IMG/VR virus record: IMGVR_UViG_3300037042_002125
Location: 158,079 to 222,078 of that record
DNA length: 64,000 bases
Direction: 5' to 3' (one strand)
Below, piece after piece: positions 46,115 through 54,989 of this stretch. Position 1 is the first letter of the stretch; each line of letters begins with the position of its first letter. A model generated the notes under the pieces. The model did not search any database. It was not told the DNA's origin and worked only from the letters and a program-made list of their open reading frames with translations. Made by a program: the position numbers and the translations under genes.

Positions 46115-49100
46115 TTGTATTCCTCTGGCACTACGCCTAAAATTGGATAGTTGGTGTGAAGGTAACGCTTAAGCTTTTTGTACTTTGGGTCTTCGTAAAT
46201 CGCCCATATTTTTGTCTCTGCTTCTTTGCGGCTCTCAGCATCTAAATCTTTTAAGGCGACCTGATCGTCTAAGGTTTTTAGGATTATCTCGTTCAAATTT
46301 GAATTTGTAAATGACCATTTGTAATGCTTGTCTTCTGTTGCGCCGATTTCCACTTCGATCTCTGGTTCAACTGTGAACTCGAAATTGTAGACGTCCTTGT
46401 AGTGTTTAGTCACACCATACGTCACTGTCCATTGCATCACGTGGATGAAGATAAGCATGATCTCATAAGGCACCTCAGAGTATTGGGCATCATGTACTTG
46501 CTTAAGGATATCAACAGGCATTACTTCTGTGTTTTCATCCATGAAGCCAAACTTTGTTAGAACATCCCACATTTCAACTACAACCAACCGACTGCCTGTA
46601 ACGCCTATCATAGAGGCCAGACCTTGAACAGGACTGTTGGCCGCCCTGCGTAGCAAGCCAGCAACAATGCCGTTTATGCCAGTCATGACACCAAACAGAT
46701 TGCGCCGTACCCCAATAGGGCTGTAGGTGTAGTAATTTTTCTCGGCATGAGCTTTAGACCACTCTAACCAAGCTGCGCCTTTCTTAAACTCAGCAAACAT
46801 CTTGGTCATTATGTCTTTAGCAAGCTTTACCTTGTCGTCCCCAGCTAACTCTACATAATCAGGCTTGAGCTTAAGCAAAGCATCTTTTATCTCTAAAACA
46901 CGTGCCTTAGTAGGGGCTGGAGTGGCCTTTAGTTCGTTCTTAAGTGCGTACTTCTTGTCATCCAAGTTGTTCTTTGCTGTAGTGCGAATGTCCTTAGCAA
47001 GAGACTTGGCGCTTTTTTGATAGATCACACCGAACACAACGCTCTTGATTGCGTCACGTAGTGGATGCTCTTTATCAACCCACATATCAAAGAAGCGTTT
47101 TACGTTCAGCAGATGTATATCGCCCCTCTTTTTCAAATCTTTGAATATTCTATCAGCTTTCAGTGTGTGCTGTATCTCTTTAATTCTTTGTCTTTTTTCA
47201 TCTTTGTTCAAAGATTTAAGCTCCTCTTCTAACTTCTTTATATCCTCTTCACTTAAAGGAAATTTACTATTTGTAGGCAGACTGTAAAGTTGGCGTAGTT
47301 TCCTACGCAACTCTTGGCCGACCTTAAACACGGACGCAAGCACCAAGTCAAAGGAAATCATTGACCACACTCTAACCTCGTGTGCGCTATAGTCAAACTT
47401 GACATGCACATGCCCAGGTGGGGCCCTAAAAGATCGCTTGATGTACTTGGCCTCAGGACCTCTTGATGGTACTTGCTGCAGGCTAGGCTTCATGCTGTTA
47501 AGCCGGCCTGTCACAACATCAAAGAAACCATAGGCCGCACGTAGCATCCAGTCAAGCTTGCTATCAGGCGAATCTTGAATCTTGTTCCACCAGCCTTTAA
47601 CGTATGTAGACCACAGCTTCTTTAGCTTAACAAGCTTGCCGAACTTCTCTACAATAACGTTGTCTCGTTTGTAAGCCTTAATGAACGATACGTTTACCTG
47701 AGGTTTTCCAGTCTTTGTGTGGCTAATTGGTTCTAGACCTAGCACACCAAAGAACAATAGCATTTGATGCTCTGCTTTGCCGAAGTCAAACACTGACAGC
47801 ACTGTATCAAACAGACCTTTGTTTGTCTTTTGGCCAGAGCCTTCATCAAGAAGCTTTGCATTAGCTTGCTTTAACTCCTTTGTACTCATCAAGTCTTTCG
47901 ACAGGTCAGCTATAAGCTTAAGCAAAGGACTTGCCTTCGACTTTAAGAGCGCCAAATAGTTTCTGTCAATGGATATGCCTGCCGCTTCCATGTGAGATAT
48001 GGCATGTACCGTGTTGCTCATCTGGTTTATTACAAGCCTTCGGAAGAAAGGTTTGTAATTCTTATCGCCTAGTGTTAGGTCACTAGCTCTCTCCAACTGC
48101 ATTTGGTGCATACACCACGGGAACACCACATCACCACACCCGTACTTGATGAAATCAGGGTTGCTTATCTTTGTGAGGTTTGGATTACTACGGTCTTCCT
48201 TAGAGAATTTAGATCTCTTGTAGAAGTCATTACCATATACAAACAAAGTCTGTTCTAGACCACCATGTGCTGTACCGAAAGGACTGTCCTTAAGGGCTGT
48301 GCGGTTCTCATCAAGCAACCACTCTCCCGCAGTGATCTCCCATATAGGATGGAAGATGATAGGGATGCCCAAGGACTTGCGTATGATGCGGTTGTCAAAT
48401 TTGCCGTTGACTGCTATAAGGTACTTGCAAGGTAACTCACCAGTCTTGGCATAGAAGAATTTGCGTAGACGCTTCTTTATATACCGAGTCTCTTTAGCTG
48501 AGAATGGAGTTTCCTCATGATCAACAGGCAGCATGTATCCCTTGCCACTATCATCGAAGGCGAATTGAATCGTCTTCATCTTGTTGTGGTTGACCGTCAA
48601 ATTTTCCGTCTCTGTATCGACTGCAATCTTCTCTTCTGTCTTGAGGCGACGATACAGCTTATCAAACTTCTCGATTGTATCAACAAGACGTGGACGTACT
48701 TTGACCTTAGACAAGTCATAGAGCATACGGCCAAGCAAAGCATTGATCACATGGTTCGTGACGTAGAACAGAAGATTAGATCTAGTATAGATCTTGCTTT
48801 CGCCTTCACCTTCGTCTTCGCCATCATCCTCGTCTGCCTGTTCGTCTTTTTTGCCCAACGTGTACAAAGGCAGGAGGTCCAAGCTAGGGACCATCTTGCA
48901 CTTATGTCCGTTAGCTTCTAAGTCAAAAACCCACCCACGCTTTTTAGGCAGGAAGTCAACATCTGGAAGAAGAGATTGAGCAGCGTAATCGCCAAATACT
49001 AAAACCGTTGTTGGTTCTAAGTCAGCAATAGCTACTTTGACGCGCTTAACAAATTCTGCGCGATAGGGCGGCCACATCTCTTTTGGCTTGTCCATGAATT

Positions 49101-49374
49101 TTTCATTGTTGAAGTTTACCGCAGCAAAAGCCACATCCTTGCGACGCAGCCCTTTTTCTTTAGCTCGGTCTAAGCTGTACCTAAGTAAATTAGCCACAAC
49201 TGTTTTTGCTCTGTCATGCAGTAGCTGACGATCTTTTATGTCATGAGTATCGACAGTCTCAATGACAATAAGAATCCTGTTACTTGCAGTCTCCCAATCG
49301 GAATCTACTGGGCACCGTAGACTGTAGCTGCCCTTTTTGTAAGGGACGTCTGGTTTGAAATAACTATCGAACAC
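46111..49374 (-). CDS. polA: family A DNA polymerase with N-terminal uracil-DNA-glycosylase-like domain and 3'-5' exonuclease
   Basis: IADLEPTTVLVFGDYAA (UDG-like), AVDTET, NGKFD, YGCGD, TGRLNS..PSLQQVP, DYSAHEVR, R..K...FGVIY, NSPVQG, VHDA. Confidence 0.93.
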   Translation of the reverse strand: MFDSYFKPDVPYKKGSYSLRCPVDSDWETASNRILIVIETVDTHDIKDRQLLHDRAKTVVANLLRYSLDRAKEKGLRRKDVAFAAVNFNNEKFMDKPKEMWPPYRAEFVKRVKVAIADLEPTTVLVFGDYAAQSLLPDVDFLPKKRGWVFDLEANGHKCKMVPSLDLLPLYTLGKKDEQADEDDGEDEGEGESKIYTRSNLLFYVTNHVINALLGRMLYDLSKVKVRPRLVDTIEKFDKLYRRLKTEEKIAVDTETENLTVNHNKMKTIQFAFDDSGKGYMLPVDHEETPFSAKETRYIKKRLRKFFYAKTGELPCKYLIAVNGKFDNRIIRKSLGIPIIFHPIWEITAGEWLLDENRTALKDSPFGTAHGGLEQTLFVYGNDFYKRSKFSKEDRSNPNLTKISNPDFIKYGCGDVVFPWCMHQMQLERASDLTLGDKNYKPFFRRLVINQMSNTVHAISHMEAAGISIDRNYLALLKSKASPLLKLIADLSKDLMSTKELKQANAKLLDEGSGQKTNKGLFDTVLSVFDFGKAEHQMLLFFGVLGLEPISHTKTGKPQVNVSFIKAYKRDNVIVEKFGKLVKLKKLWSTYVKGWWNKIQDSPDSKLDWMLRAAYGFFDVVTGRLNSMKPSLQQVPSRGPEAKYIKRSFRAPPGHVHVKFDYSAHEVRVWSMISFDLVLASVFKVGQELRRKLRQLYSLPTNSKFPLSEEDIKKLEEELKSLNKDEKRQRIKEIQHTLKADRIFKDLKKRGDIHLLNVKRFFDMWVDKEHPLRDAIKSVVFGVIYQKSAKSLAKDIRTTAKNNLDDKKYALKNELKATPAPTKARVLEIKDALLKLKPDYVELAGDDKVKLAKDIMTKMFAEFKKGAAWLEWSKAHAEKNYYTYSPIGVRRNLFGVMTGINGIVAGLLRRAANSPVQGLASMIGVTGSRLVVVEMWDVLTKFGFMDENTEVMPVDILKQVHDAQYSEVPYEIMLIFIHVMQWTVTYGVTKHYKDVYNFEFTVEPEIEVEIGATEDKHYKWSFTNSNLNEIILKTLDDQVALKDLDAESRKEAETKIWAIYEDPKYKKLKRYLHTNYPILGVVPEEYK

Positions 49375-49402
49375 AAATGACCTCGAAGGTAGTATAAGGG
49401 AG

Positions 49403-49420
49403 GGGGCAAATATTTGCCCC
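49403..49420. promoter_or_regulatory. perfect 18-bp palindrome in the polymerase 5' leader
   Basis: GGGGCAAATATTTGCCCC between TGTAAATA (49430-49437, -) and the RBS. Confidence 0.5.
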
Positions 49421-49432
49421 TTGTTTTGTTAT

Positions 49433-49654
49433 TTACAACGTAGATGATTGTTTACCCCAGGTGATTTTGTTCCACACACGCTCATGACACCAGTAGATGA
49501 AAGGCTTAACGACAATCTCAGTGGTGCCAATAGCAAGAGAAACAATAATCTTCCCAGTTACAACGTAGGAGATGATTACGGTTGTAGCTGTCCCACACAT
49601 GCGATAGCTATACGCCTTAACCAAACTCCTAATGCCAGATTCACCGTTACGCAA
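49433..49654 (-). CDS. DUF2061-family small membrane protein (start uncertain)
   Basis: RSLVKAYSYR..T....Y..TG....AIG..E...K..IYW.HERVW. Confidence 0.8.
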   Translation of the reverse strand: MRNGESGIRSLVKAYSYRMCGTATTVIISYVVTGKIIVSLAIGTTEIVVKPFIYWCHERVWNKITWGKQSSTL

Positions 49655-50498
49655 GTCCCATGTCTTGACGAATCTTTGTAGCAGAGATTGAGTGTGTTGC
49701 GTCATCGAAAGTTTCCTGGGCAATTGTATAACCAACACCGCGTCCGTACCCAATGTGGGTGATGTTCGGCACAACTTGAATCTCGTACTGACCTTGGTAG
49801 ATAGGGTCAAGGTCACGTCGTATGAAGGCCTTAACTTTCTCAATCTCGAATGGATTGGAACCATTCCAGCCTTGGCAATCACGCACTTGGATCACAACTT
49901 GACCCGTCTTCTGGATCAGACGGTCAAACAATGCACGGTGGCCTTCGTGCCAAGGTTGCCAGCGGCCAAGCATCTGCACAGTTTCCTTCTGCCAGTTGAA
50001 GACAGGACGACGGCGGTTGTTCAGTATATGGTCGCCAATGAACTCCGCCCACTTGTCAGCGTTCTGTTCAGGGACTCGGAAGTCGTATTGCTCAGGTGGC
50101 ACAAACGCTTTGTTGGTGTCCTCATACCGGCCTTGGTCGATTGTATCAACCCAGATCGTCCAGTCGGCTTTGAAGTTGTGGCGCATTTCAGGCAGAGGGG
50201 CTACAAAGTCAGCAATAGCAAAATCACCTGCTGACTTTAGGGCAAACTCCGCCATACGCAGTGATTGACGGATGCGCCCGTCATGCGAGAAGTCCCAATC
50301 ATTGAACCGCTTGCGAATCTCGTCGGCGTTGAACCAATCAACCTTTACACAGTACGGGCCAAGCATCGAGTCAGTTGTCATCGCTCTGGACAGCGACATG
50401 TTGTTGGCAGTGCCGTTGTCCTCAATGTATTTCTTAAGTGCCATTGCAAGTGTTGTCTTGCCGGAGCCTGGAAGCCCCATTACGAGTATTTTTGTCAT
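49647..50498 (-). CDS. adenylylsulfate kinase fused to HxGH nucleotidyltransferase
   Basis: GLPGSGKT, NADEIR, DFSHDGRIRQ, DFVAP, FVPP; then GRWQPWHEGH, NPF, SISATKIR. Confidence 0.85.
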   Translation of the reverse strand: MTKILVMGLPGSGKTTLAMALKKYIEDNGTANNMSLSRAMTTDSMLGPYCVKVDWFNADEIRKRFNDWDFSHDGRIRQSLRMAEFALKSAGDFAIADFVAPLPEMRHNFKADWTIWVDTIDQGRYEDTNKAFVPPEQYDFRVPEQNADKWAEFIGDHILNNRRRPVFNWQKETVQMLGRWQPWHEGHRALFDRLIQKTGQVVIQVRDCQGWNGSNPFEIEKVKAFIRRDLDPIYQGQYEIQVVPNITHIGYGRGVGYTIAQETFDDATHSISATKIRQDMGLA

Positions 50499-50516
50499 GT
50501 TGTTACCTTGTTAGTG

Positions 50517-51014
50517 TTAGAAACCAATGTTCTGGTTAATTTTTTTAGCGAATGCCCAATCGTAATGTAGCTCATACTGTAAAGGCTTTTCACGATTTGC
50601 CAAACGCCTAGCTAATTCTTGGGCATGGTACTCTGGGAATACGTTGTCCCATTTGGAAGTTATTCGGATATCAAACTTTGACGGAGGCACAAACAATTTG
50701 TTAGTATCCTCGAACCGACCAGCTTCAATACGGTCAACCCAAATTGTGAATTGGGCATTGAACAATGCTCGCGTTTCCTCGGTAGGACACACAAAGTCGG
50801 CAATGACGTTTGCGCCCCACTTGGCTGCAATGTCACACAGGTGTCCCATGCGTCGCGCTTGCTCAACACGATCAGAAGATGAAAAACCAAGGTCCTTGTT
50901 AATGTTTTTGCGTATATCGTCGGCGTTGAAGTGTACGCACTTTAGATTTTTAGCCAAGGCCTCAGCAAGATAAGTCTTGCCGGACCCTGGTAGTCCCATA
51001 ATTAGGATCTTCAT
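50517..51014 (-). CDS. cysC: adenylylsulfate (APS) kinase
   Basis: GLPGSGKT, NADDIRK..DLGFS..DRVEQARR, DFVCP, FVPP. Confidence 0.85.
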   Translation of the reverse strand: MKILIMGLPGSGKTYLAEALAKNLKCVHFNADDIRKNINKDLGFSSSDRVEQARRMGHLCDIAAKWGANVIADFVCPTEETRALFNAQFTIWVDRIEAGRFEDTNKLFVPPSKFDIRITSKWDNVFPEYHAQELARRLANREKPLQYELHYDWAFAKKINQNIGF

Positions 51015-51033
51015 ATTGTTGAACTAGTTGGAG

Positions 51034-51345
51034 TTACTCGGCTTCGAGCATTTCCTTGACGCGGGCGCGCAACGTGTCGTCAGTCCACGTGCCGCGCACG
51101 GCCAAGTACGCATCGCCTTCCCATGCGGTCATGTTGCGAGTAGTCAGTGGTGTAGTCGGGAACGAAACGACGACCTGAACGCTGCTCAGAGGACCGCGCC
51201 CAAAGTTCTCGCGATGCGGCTGATCTGGATTGGGGTTGGGAGGCGTGTAGCCGTAGTTTTCTTGAACGTCAACGAGATCAAATTCAGTGACGACGACGGC
51301 TGCAATTGCTGCGGCCACTACATAGCTTTTCGACAAGGCTGTCAT
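51034..51345 (-). CDS. hypothetical protein
   Basis: AAGGA RBS; Pro/Tyr-rich loop and C-terminal WEGDAY..GTWTD. Confidence 0.65.
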   Translation of the reverse strand: MTALSKSYVVAAAIAAVVVTEFDLVDVQENYGYTPPNPNPDQPHRENFGRGPLSSVQVVVSFPTTPLTTRNMTAWEGDAYLAVRGTWTDDTLRARVKEMLEAE

Positions 51346-51354
51346 GGTAAGTCC

Positions 51355-52272
51355 TTAAAGTTGAATGGCCGATTTTGGCCGTTGGGGTTGCGGGATAGAT
51401 TGCGGAGATTGTTTAACAAGTTGTGATTGGGTTGTTGGCTGGACATTGGGTACCCAGTTAAGTTGTGATTTGATTTGATCGAAATTACTCCTCCAAAAAG
51501 ATGCGGATTCATATTGCTGCCAAAGGTCTCCAGGCAGAATACTAACACGTTGCTTGAATTCAACCTTCTTACGAACCGTATGGAGACCTACAATTTTTGT
51601 CTGCTGATCAAACTCATCGTAAGAATCTTCCACGCTATTTAAGTCATGGTTGAACCAAGGCTCGCCTATGAAATTATAAATAGCTTTGAGCACACTTAGG
51701 GGTTCGCATACTAACGTATCGTACTCAATGTACAGAATGTTCTTACGCTCATTGCAGAACAAAGATTGCTTTACGTTAGCCAAAGGACCCGCAACATAAC
51801 CTGGGAAGTTAGGAATCTGTCCCATAAGCATATTGCTACGCTCGTACACGGTACTTAGTTGCTGATGACCGTACAGTGGCTTGATCGTGTATGGATTTTT
51901 AGCATTTAGTTGCTCGAATGAATCGAGAATCCAAGGTATTTCTCGGACGCACACAATCATCTTGAACGTAGGGAACAGATCAGCAAGCAAGGCCGTCTCT
52001 GCGGACCACCCTCGGTTGGTATTGAAACAAACGTCAGTCTTGTTTTCCTTGTAGTAACTATCAAACAGATCACGAATCATCTGCCTGCGTTTATCAATAG
52101 ATACTACAGCCTCCATCCCTGCTGCTGTACCTGTATCCTTGATGATGCTGTTGATGTACATAGCCAGCGGATCACTGATGCCAGTGGAGAACCTTGGGTT
52201 CTGCTTCAAGATCGCGCTGAGCAACGTAGTACCCGATCGAGGCAAGCCAGAAATAAAGTGATATGTCTTCAT
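51355..52272 (-). CDS. PAPS-dependent sulfotransferase, RaxST-like
   Basis: YHFISGLPRSGTTLL..IL.QNP, NTNRGW, IVCVR..WILDSFE, YDTL, GLH.VR, FW. Confidence 0.9.
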   Translation of the reverse strand: MKTYHFISGLPRSGTTLLSAILKQNPRFSTGISDPLAMYINSIIKDTGTAAGMEAVVSIDKRRQMIRDLFDSYYKENKTDVCFNTNRGWSAETALLADLFPTFKMIVCVREIPWILDSFEQLNAKNPYTIKPLYGHQQLSTVYERSNMLMGQIPNFPGYVAGPLANVKQSLFCNERKNILYIEYDTLVCEPLSVLKAIYNFIGEPWFNHDLNSVEDSYDEFDQQTKIVGLHTVRKKVEFKQRVSILPGDLWQQYESASFWRSNFDQIKSQLNWVPNVQPTTQSQLVKQSPQSIPQPQRPKSAIQL

Positions 52273-52358
52273 TTGAAAACTCCAGTGACTACGCCGATAA
52301 TGTAGCCAAGAATGAACGCTACCATCGGGTGCTGTATGACGGCGTGAAGTTTAGCCAT
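52269..52358 (-). CDS. 29-aa membrane peptide (not in ORF track)
   Basis: MAKLHAVIQHPMVAFILGYIIGVVTGVFK; overlaps both neighbours. Confidence 0.5.
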   Translation of the reverse strand: MAKLHAVIQHPMVAFILGYIIGVVTGVFK

Positions 52359-54063
52359 TAGACTTCACCTTAGTGATAAGCTTGCCAAGGTCAGGCATGT
52401 ATAGGTACTGTATCTCGCTATTGAACAGAGTGACCAGCGCATCATACGTGCTCTCGACCAGCGGTTGGCCGGCCAGATTGAAGCTGGTGTTGAACAGCAT
52501 AGGCATTCCGGTAATTGACTCAAAAGCTTTGATGAGTTTGTAGTACACAGGGTTCTGTTTTTCAGTAACAGTCTGGATGCGGCAGGTACCGTCAACGTGT
52601 GTCACTGCGGGAATAAGATCGGCCTTGTCTTCACGCACCTTCACAGCGTACATCATGAACGGAGACTCTTCGAGGCCGGCCATTTCAAACAGTTGGTCTG
52701 CGTACTCTGCCATAACCGAGCCTGCAAAGGGGCGGAACCACTCGCGGTGCTTGACCGAGTTGATAAACTCTTTACCATTAGGCGCGCGCGGATCAAACAA
52801 GATACTGCGATTGCCCAAAGCGCGTGGACCGCCTTCTGCTTGCCCTTGGAACAAGGCGACGATCTGTTGTTTGGACAATAGGTCTGCTACATCTTCTGCA
52901 GTTGCATCTTCTACCTTGATGTTGCCGTTCTTCTCAGCCACCTGAATGGCCTCGTAGTTAGGAGGGGCGCCAAGATACACTGACGTTAGAGGGCGCACCG
53001 TCAGTTCCTTGCTGTGCTGATACCACGCGTATTGTGCCAGGCCGATCGCCGTGCCGCCGTCATGCGCCATTGGATCAACGTAGAACTCAATGTTAGGGAA
53101 CGCCTTGACGTACTTGTAGTTGGCGACGCAGTTGAGCGCGAACCCACCAGATAGTACGATGTTGGTTTCACCAGTTGTGTCAATCGCCTTCTGGATCAAC
53201 CGCATCACCATTTCTTCGGCTTCATTTTGAACCGCGTAAGCAAGGTTCTTGTCTTGCTCACGAACCAGATTGAAATCGTTGTGCCACTCACGAGGCTCAG
53301 TGTAGCGTTTCAGATATGGGAACCTGTTCTCGTCGATGTGTGCGCCCGCTGGGTACGCAGGGATCAGCAGGTTTTTGTTTCCCTTGCCGTTGACGAAGAA
53401 GGGTGGGATGCTCGTGTCTGGTTTTCCGTACGGGGACAAGCCCATTGTCTTACCAGCTTCAATGAAGCCGAATCCCAGGTACTGGGAGACAGCTTCGTAT
53501 GCCTTGGTAATGGTGACAGAGCTATCAAACTCTTGGATGCCGTTGTCGTAGTAGGTGTTGGTGCCACCGTCGGAGTAGCGTTTGTAGACTGCATTGAACT
53601 CATGTGGGTAACTGCATTGGTAAATTGTCTCGGTCTCGTATCCGGCAACCTCTGGGCCGTTCTCGCTAACACGTTCACGGTGGACCGAACCAGAACCGTC
53701 AACGATGATTGCGGCGGCGGTCTCAAAGCCTGAACCGTAAAAGGCAGCCGCAGCGTGGCCAAGATGGTGTAAGTTCCCCATCACAGATACCTTGATATTC
53801 GGGTTAAATTTACGGGCCAATGCAGAGTACGCATTTTCCCCTGTCCACGGTAAAACAGCTAATTCCGGTGAGGTACCGCCTATAATTAGCTCGTCTACGG
53901 GGTGATTTATGAGGACCTGTAGCATAGCACGAAACGGGTTTCCGTCGTATTTCATGCGACTGACTCGTTCTTCTTCACCATAGAAGGCAAGAACACCGTC
54001 TACGACGAGGGCGGCGCTGCCGTTGTGGCCTGGATTGATTGCCAAAATTGAATACATGGTCAT
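52351..54063 (-). CDS. O-carbamoyltransferase (NodU/CmcH/TobZ family)
   Basis: GHNGSAA, EEERVSRMKYD, HHLGHA, VDGSG, GKTMGL, GGFALNC, DGGTAIG, GPRALGNRS, REWFRPFA, NTSFN. Confidence 0.95.
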   Translation of the reverse strand: MTMYSILAINPGHNGSAALVVDGVLAFYGEEERVSRMKYDGNPFRAMLQVLINHPVDELIIGGTSPELAVLPWTGENAYSALARKFNPNIKVSVMGNLHHLGHAAAAFYGSGFETAAAIIVDGSGSVHRERVSENGPEVAGYETETIYQCSYPHEFNAVYKRYSDGGTNTYYDNGIQEFDSSVTITKAYEAVSQYLGFGFIEAGKTMGLSPYGKPDTSIPPFFVNGKGNKNLLIPAYPAGAHIDENRFPYLKRYTEPREWHNDFNLVREQDKNLAYAVQNEAEEMVMRLIQKAIDTTGETNIVLSGGFALNCVANYKYVKAFPNIEFYVDPMAHDGGTAIGLAQYAWYQHSKELTVRPLTSVYLGAPPNYEAIQVAEKNGNIKVEDATAEDVADLLSKQQIVALFQGQAEGGPRALGNRSILFDPRAPNGKEFINSVKHREWFRPFAGSVMAEYADQLFEMAGLEESPFMMYAVKVREDKADLIPAVTHVDGTCRIQTVTEKQNPVYYKLIKAFESITGMPMLFNTSFNLAGQPLVESTYDALVTLFNSEIQYLYMPDLGKLITKVKSNG

Positions 54064-54989
54064 TTCACTTTCTTGTCGACGTCAGCACAGATGGATACGA
54101 AGATTTCGTTGAGGTCCTTCTCGGAGAACCGCATGGTTGACTCATTGAGCCTGTTGGACAACGCTACGTCAAGACCGGCCAGACGGATAGGGCTGTACTT
54201 CTTGACGGTCAGACGATCAATGATATTGAAGTAGTCCGGGTACGACGTATTGATCGGGAACGTAGAGCCAAAGATCACAGAGCCGGGTGTACCGACCGCA
54301 CGAGCAATGTGCTGGCCTACGCTGTCGCAACCAACGAAGTAGTCGGCTTCGGCAATCAACGCACCCCACTGGCGCAGATCGCAAGTGTACTTGGCGGCAA
54401 AGTTGTCGTCCTTGAGTTGGAAGTCAGGCTCGCCGAAGAACACCATGTTGTATCTTTGGGCTAATTTCTTCACCAGCGACAGGTAATCCTTTTGGCTCAA
54501 GCTGCGGGATTCTTCATCGATGATCGCAGTCTTGTCAATCTTGGCGCCTCGACCAAACGGTTGGAAGATCACGGTCCGTTGCTTCTTCTGGATGCCCTTG
54601 AGGTCGTTGAGTGTGCTGGTAGCCACAGCGCGTTCGGTGATGTTGAACACCATCTGCGGTACGCCCAGATCGCTGTGATCCTTGGTCAGATTGATTTCCC
54701 GGTCAAAGCCTTCGACCAGCGAAATCTCCTGACGGAAATATGCGGGGTTGCGATACGGCTCAGGTGTGATGATACGATCCGCGTTCTTCACCACGTTGTC
54801 AAACACGCCCTTGGTGTCCAGGTTATACGCACGATCCTGTAGCTCAGGAATGCCCCAGAACAGAAAGTCCCATGCACCAATGAGCACAGCCCAATCATCA
54901 TTAGGGTTGAGCCGTCCGTACTTGATGAGTGCGGGGATGGCCGCGATCACTCGGCCTGCGCCGCCGTCGATGAAAAATATAGTCTTCAC
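54060..54989 (-). CDS. GT-B glycosyltransferase, GT9 (heptosyltransferase)-like
   Basis: GGAGRVIAAIPAL, FQPFG, ADYFVGCDSVGQHIARAVGTP..IFGST. Confidence 0.75.
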   Translation of the reverse strand: MKTIFFIDGGAGRVIAAIPALIKYGRLNPNDDWAVLIGAWDFLFWGIPELQDRAYNLDTKGVFDNVVKNADRIITPEPYRNPAYFRQEISLVEGFDREINLTKDHSDLGVPQMVFNITERAVATSTLNDLKGIQKKQRTVIFQPFGRGAKIDKTAIIDEESRSLSQKDYLSLVKKLAQRYNMVFFGEPDFQLKDDNFAAKYTCDLRQWGALIAEADYFVGCDSVGQHIARAVGTPGSVIFGSTFPINTSYPDYFNIIDRLTVKKYSPIRLAGLDVALSNRLNESTMRFSEKDLNEIFVSICADVDKKVK

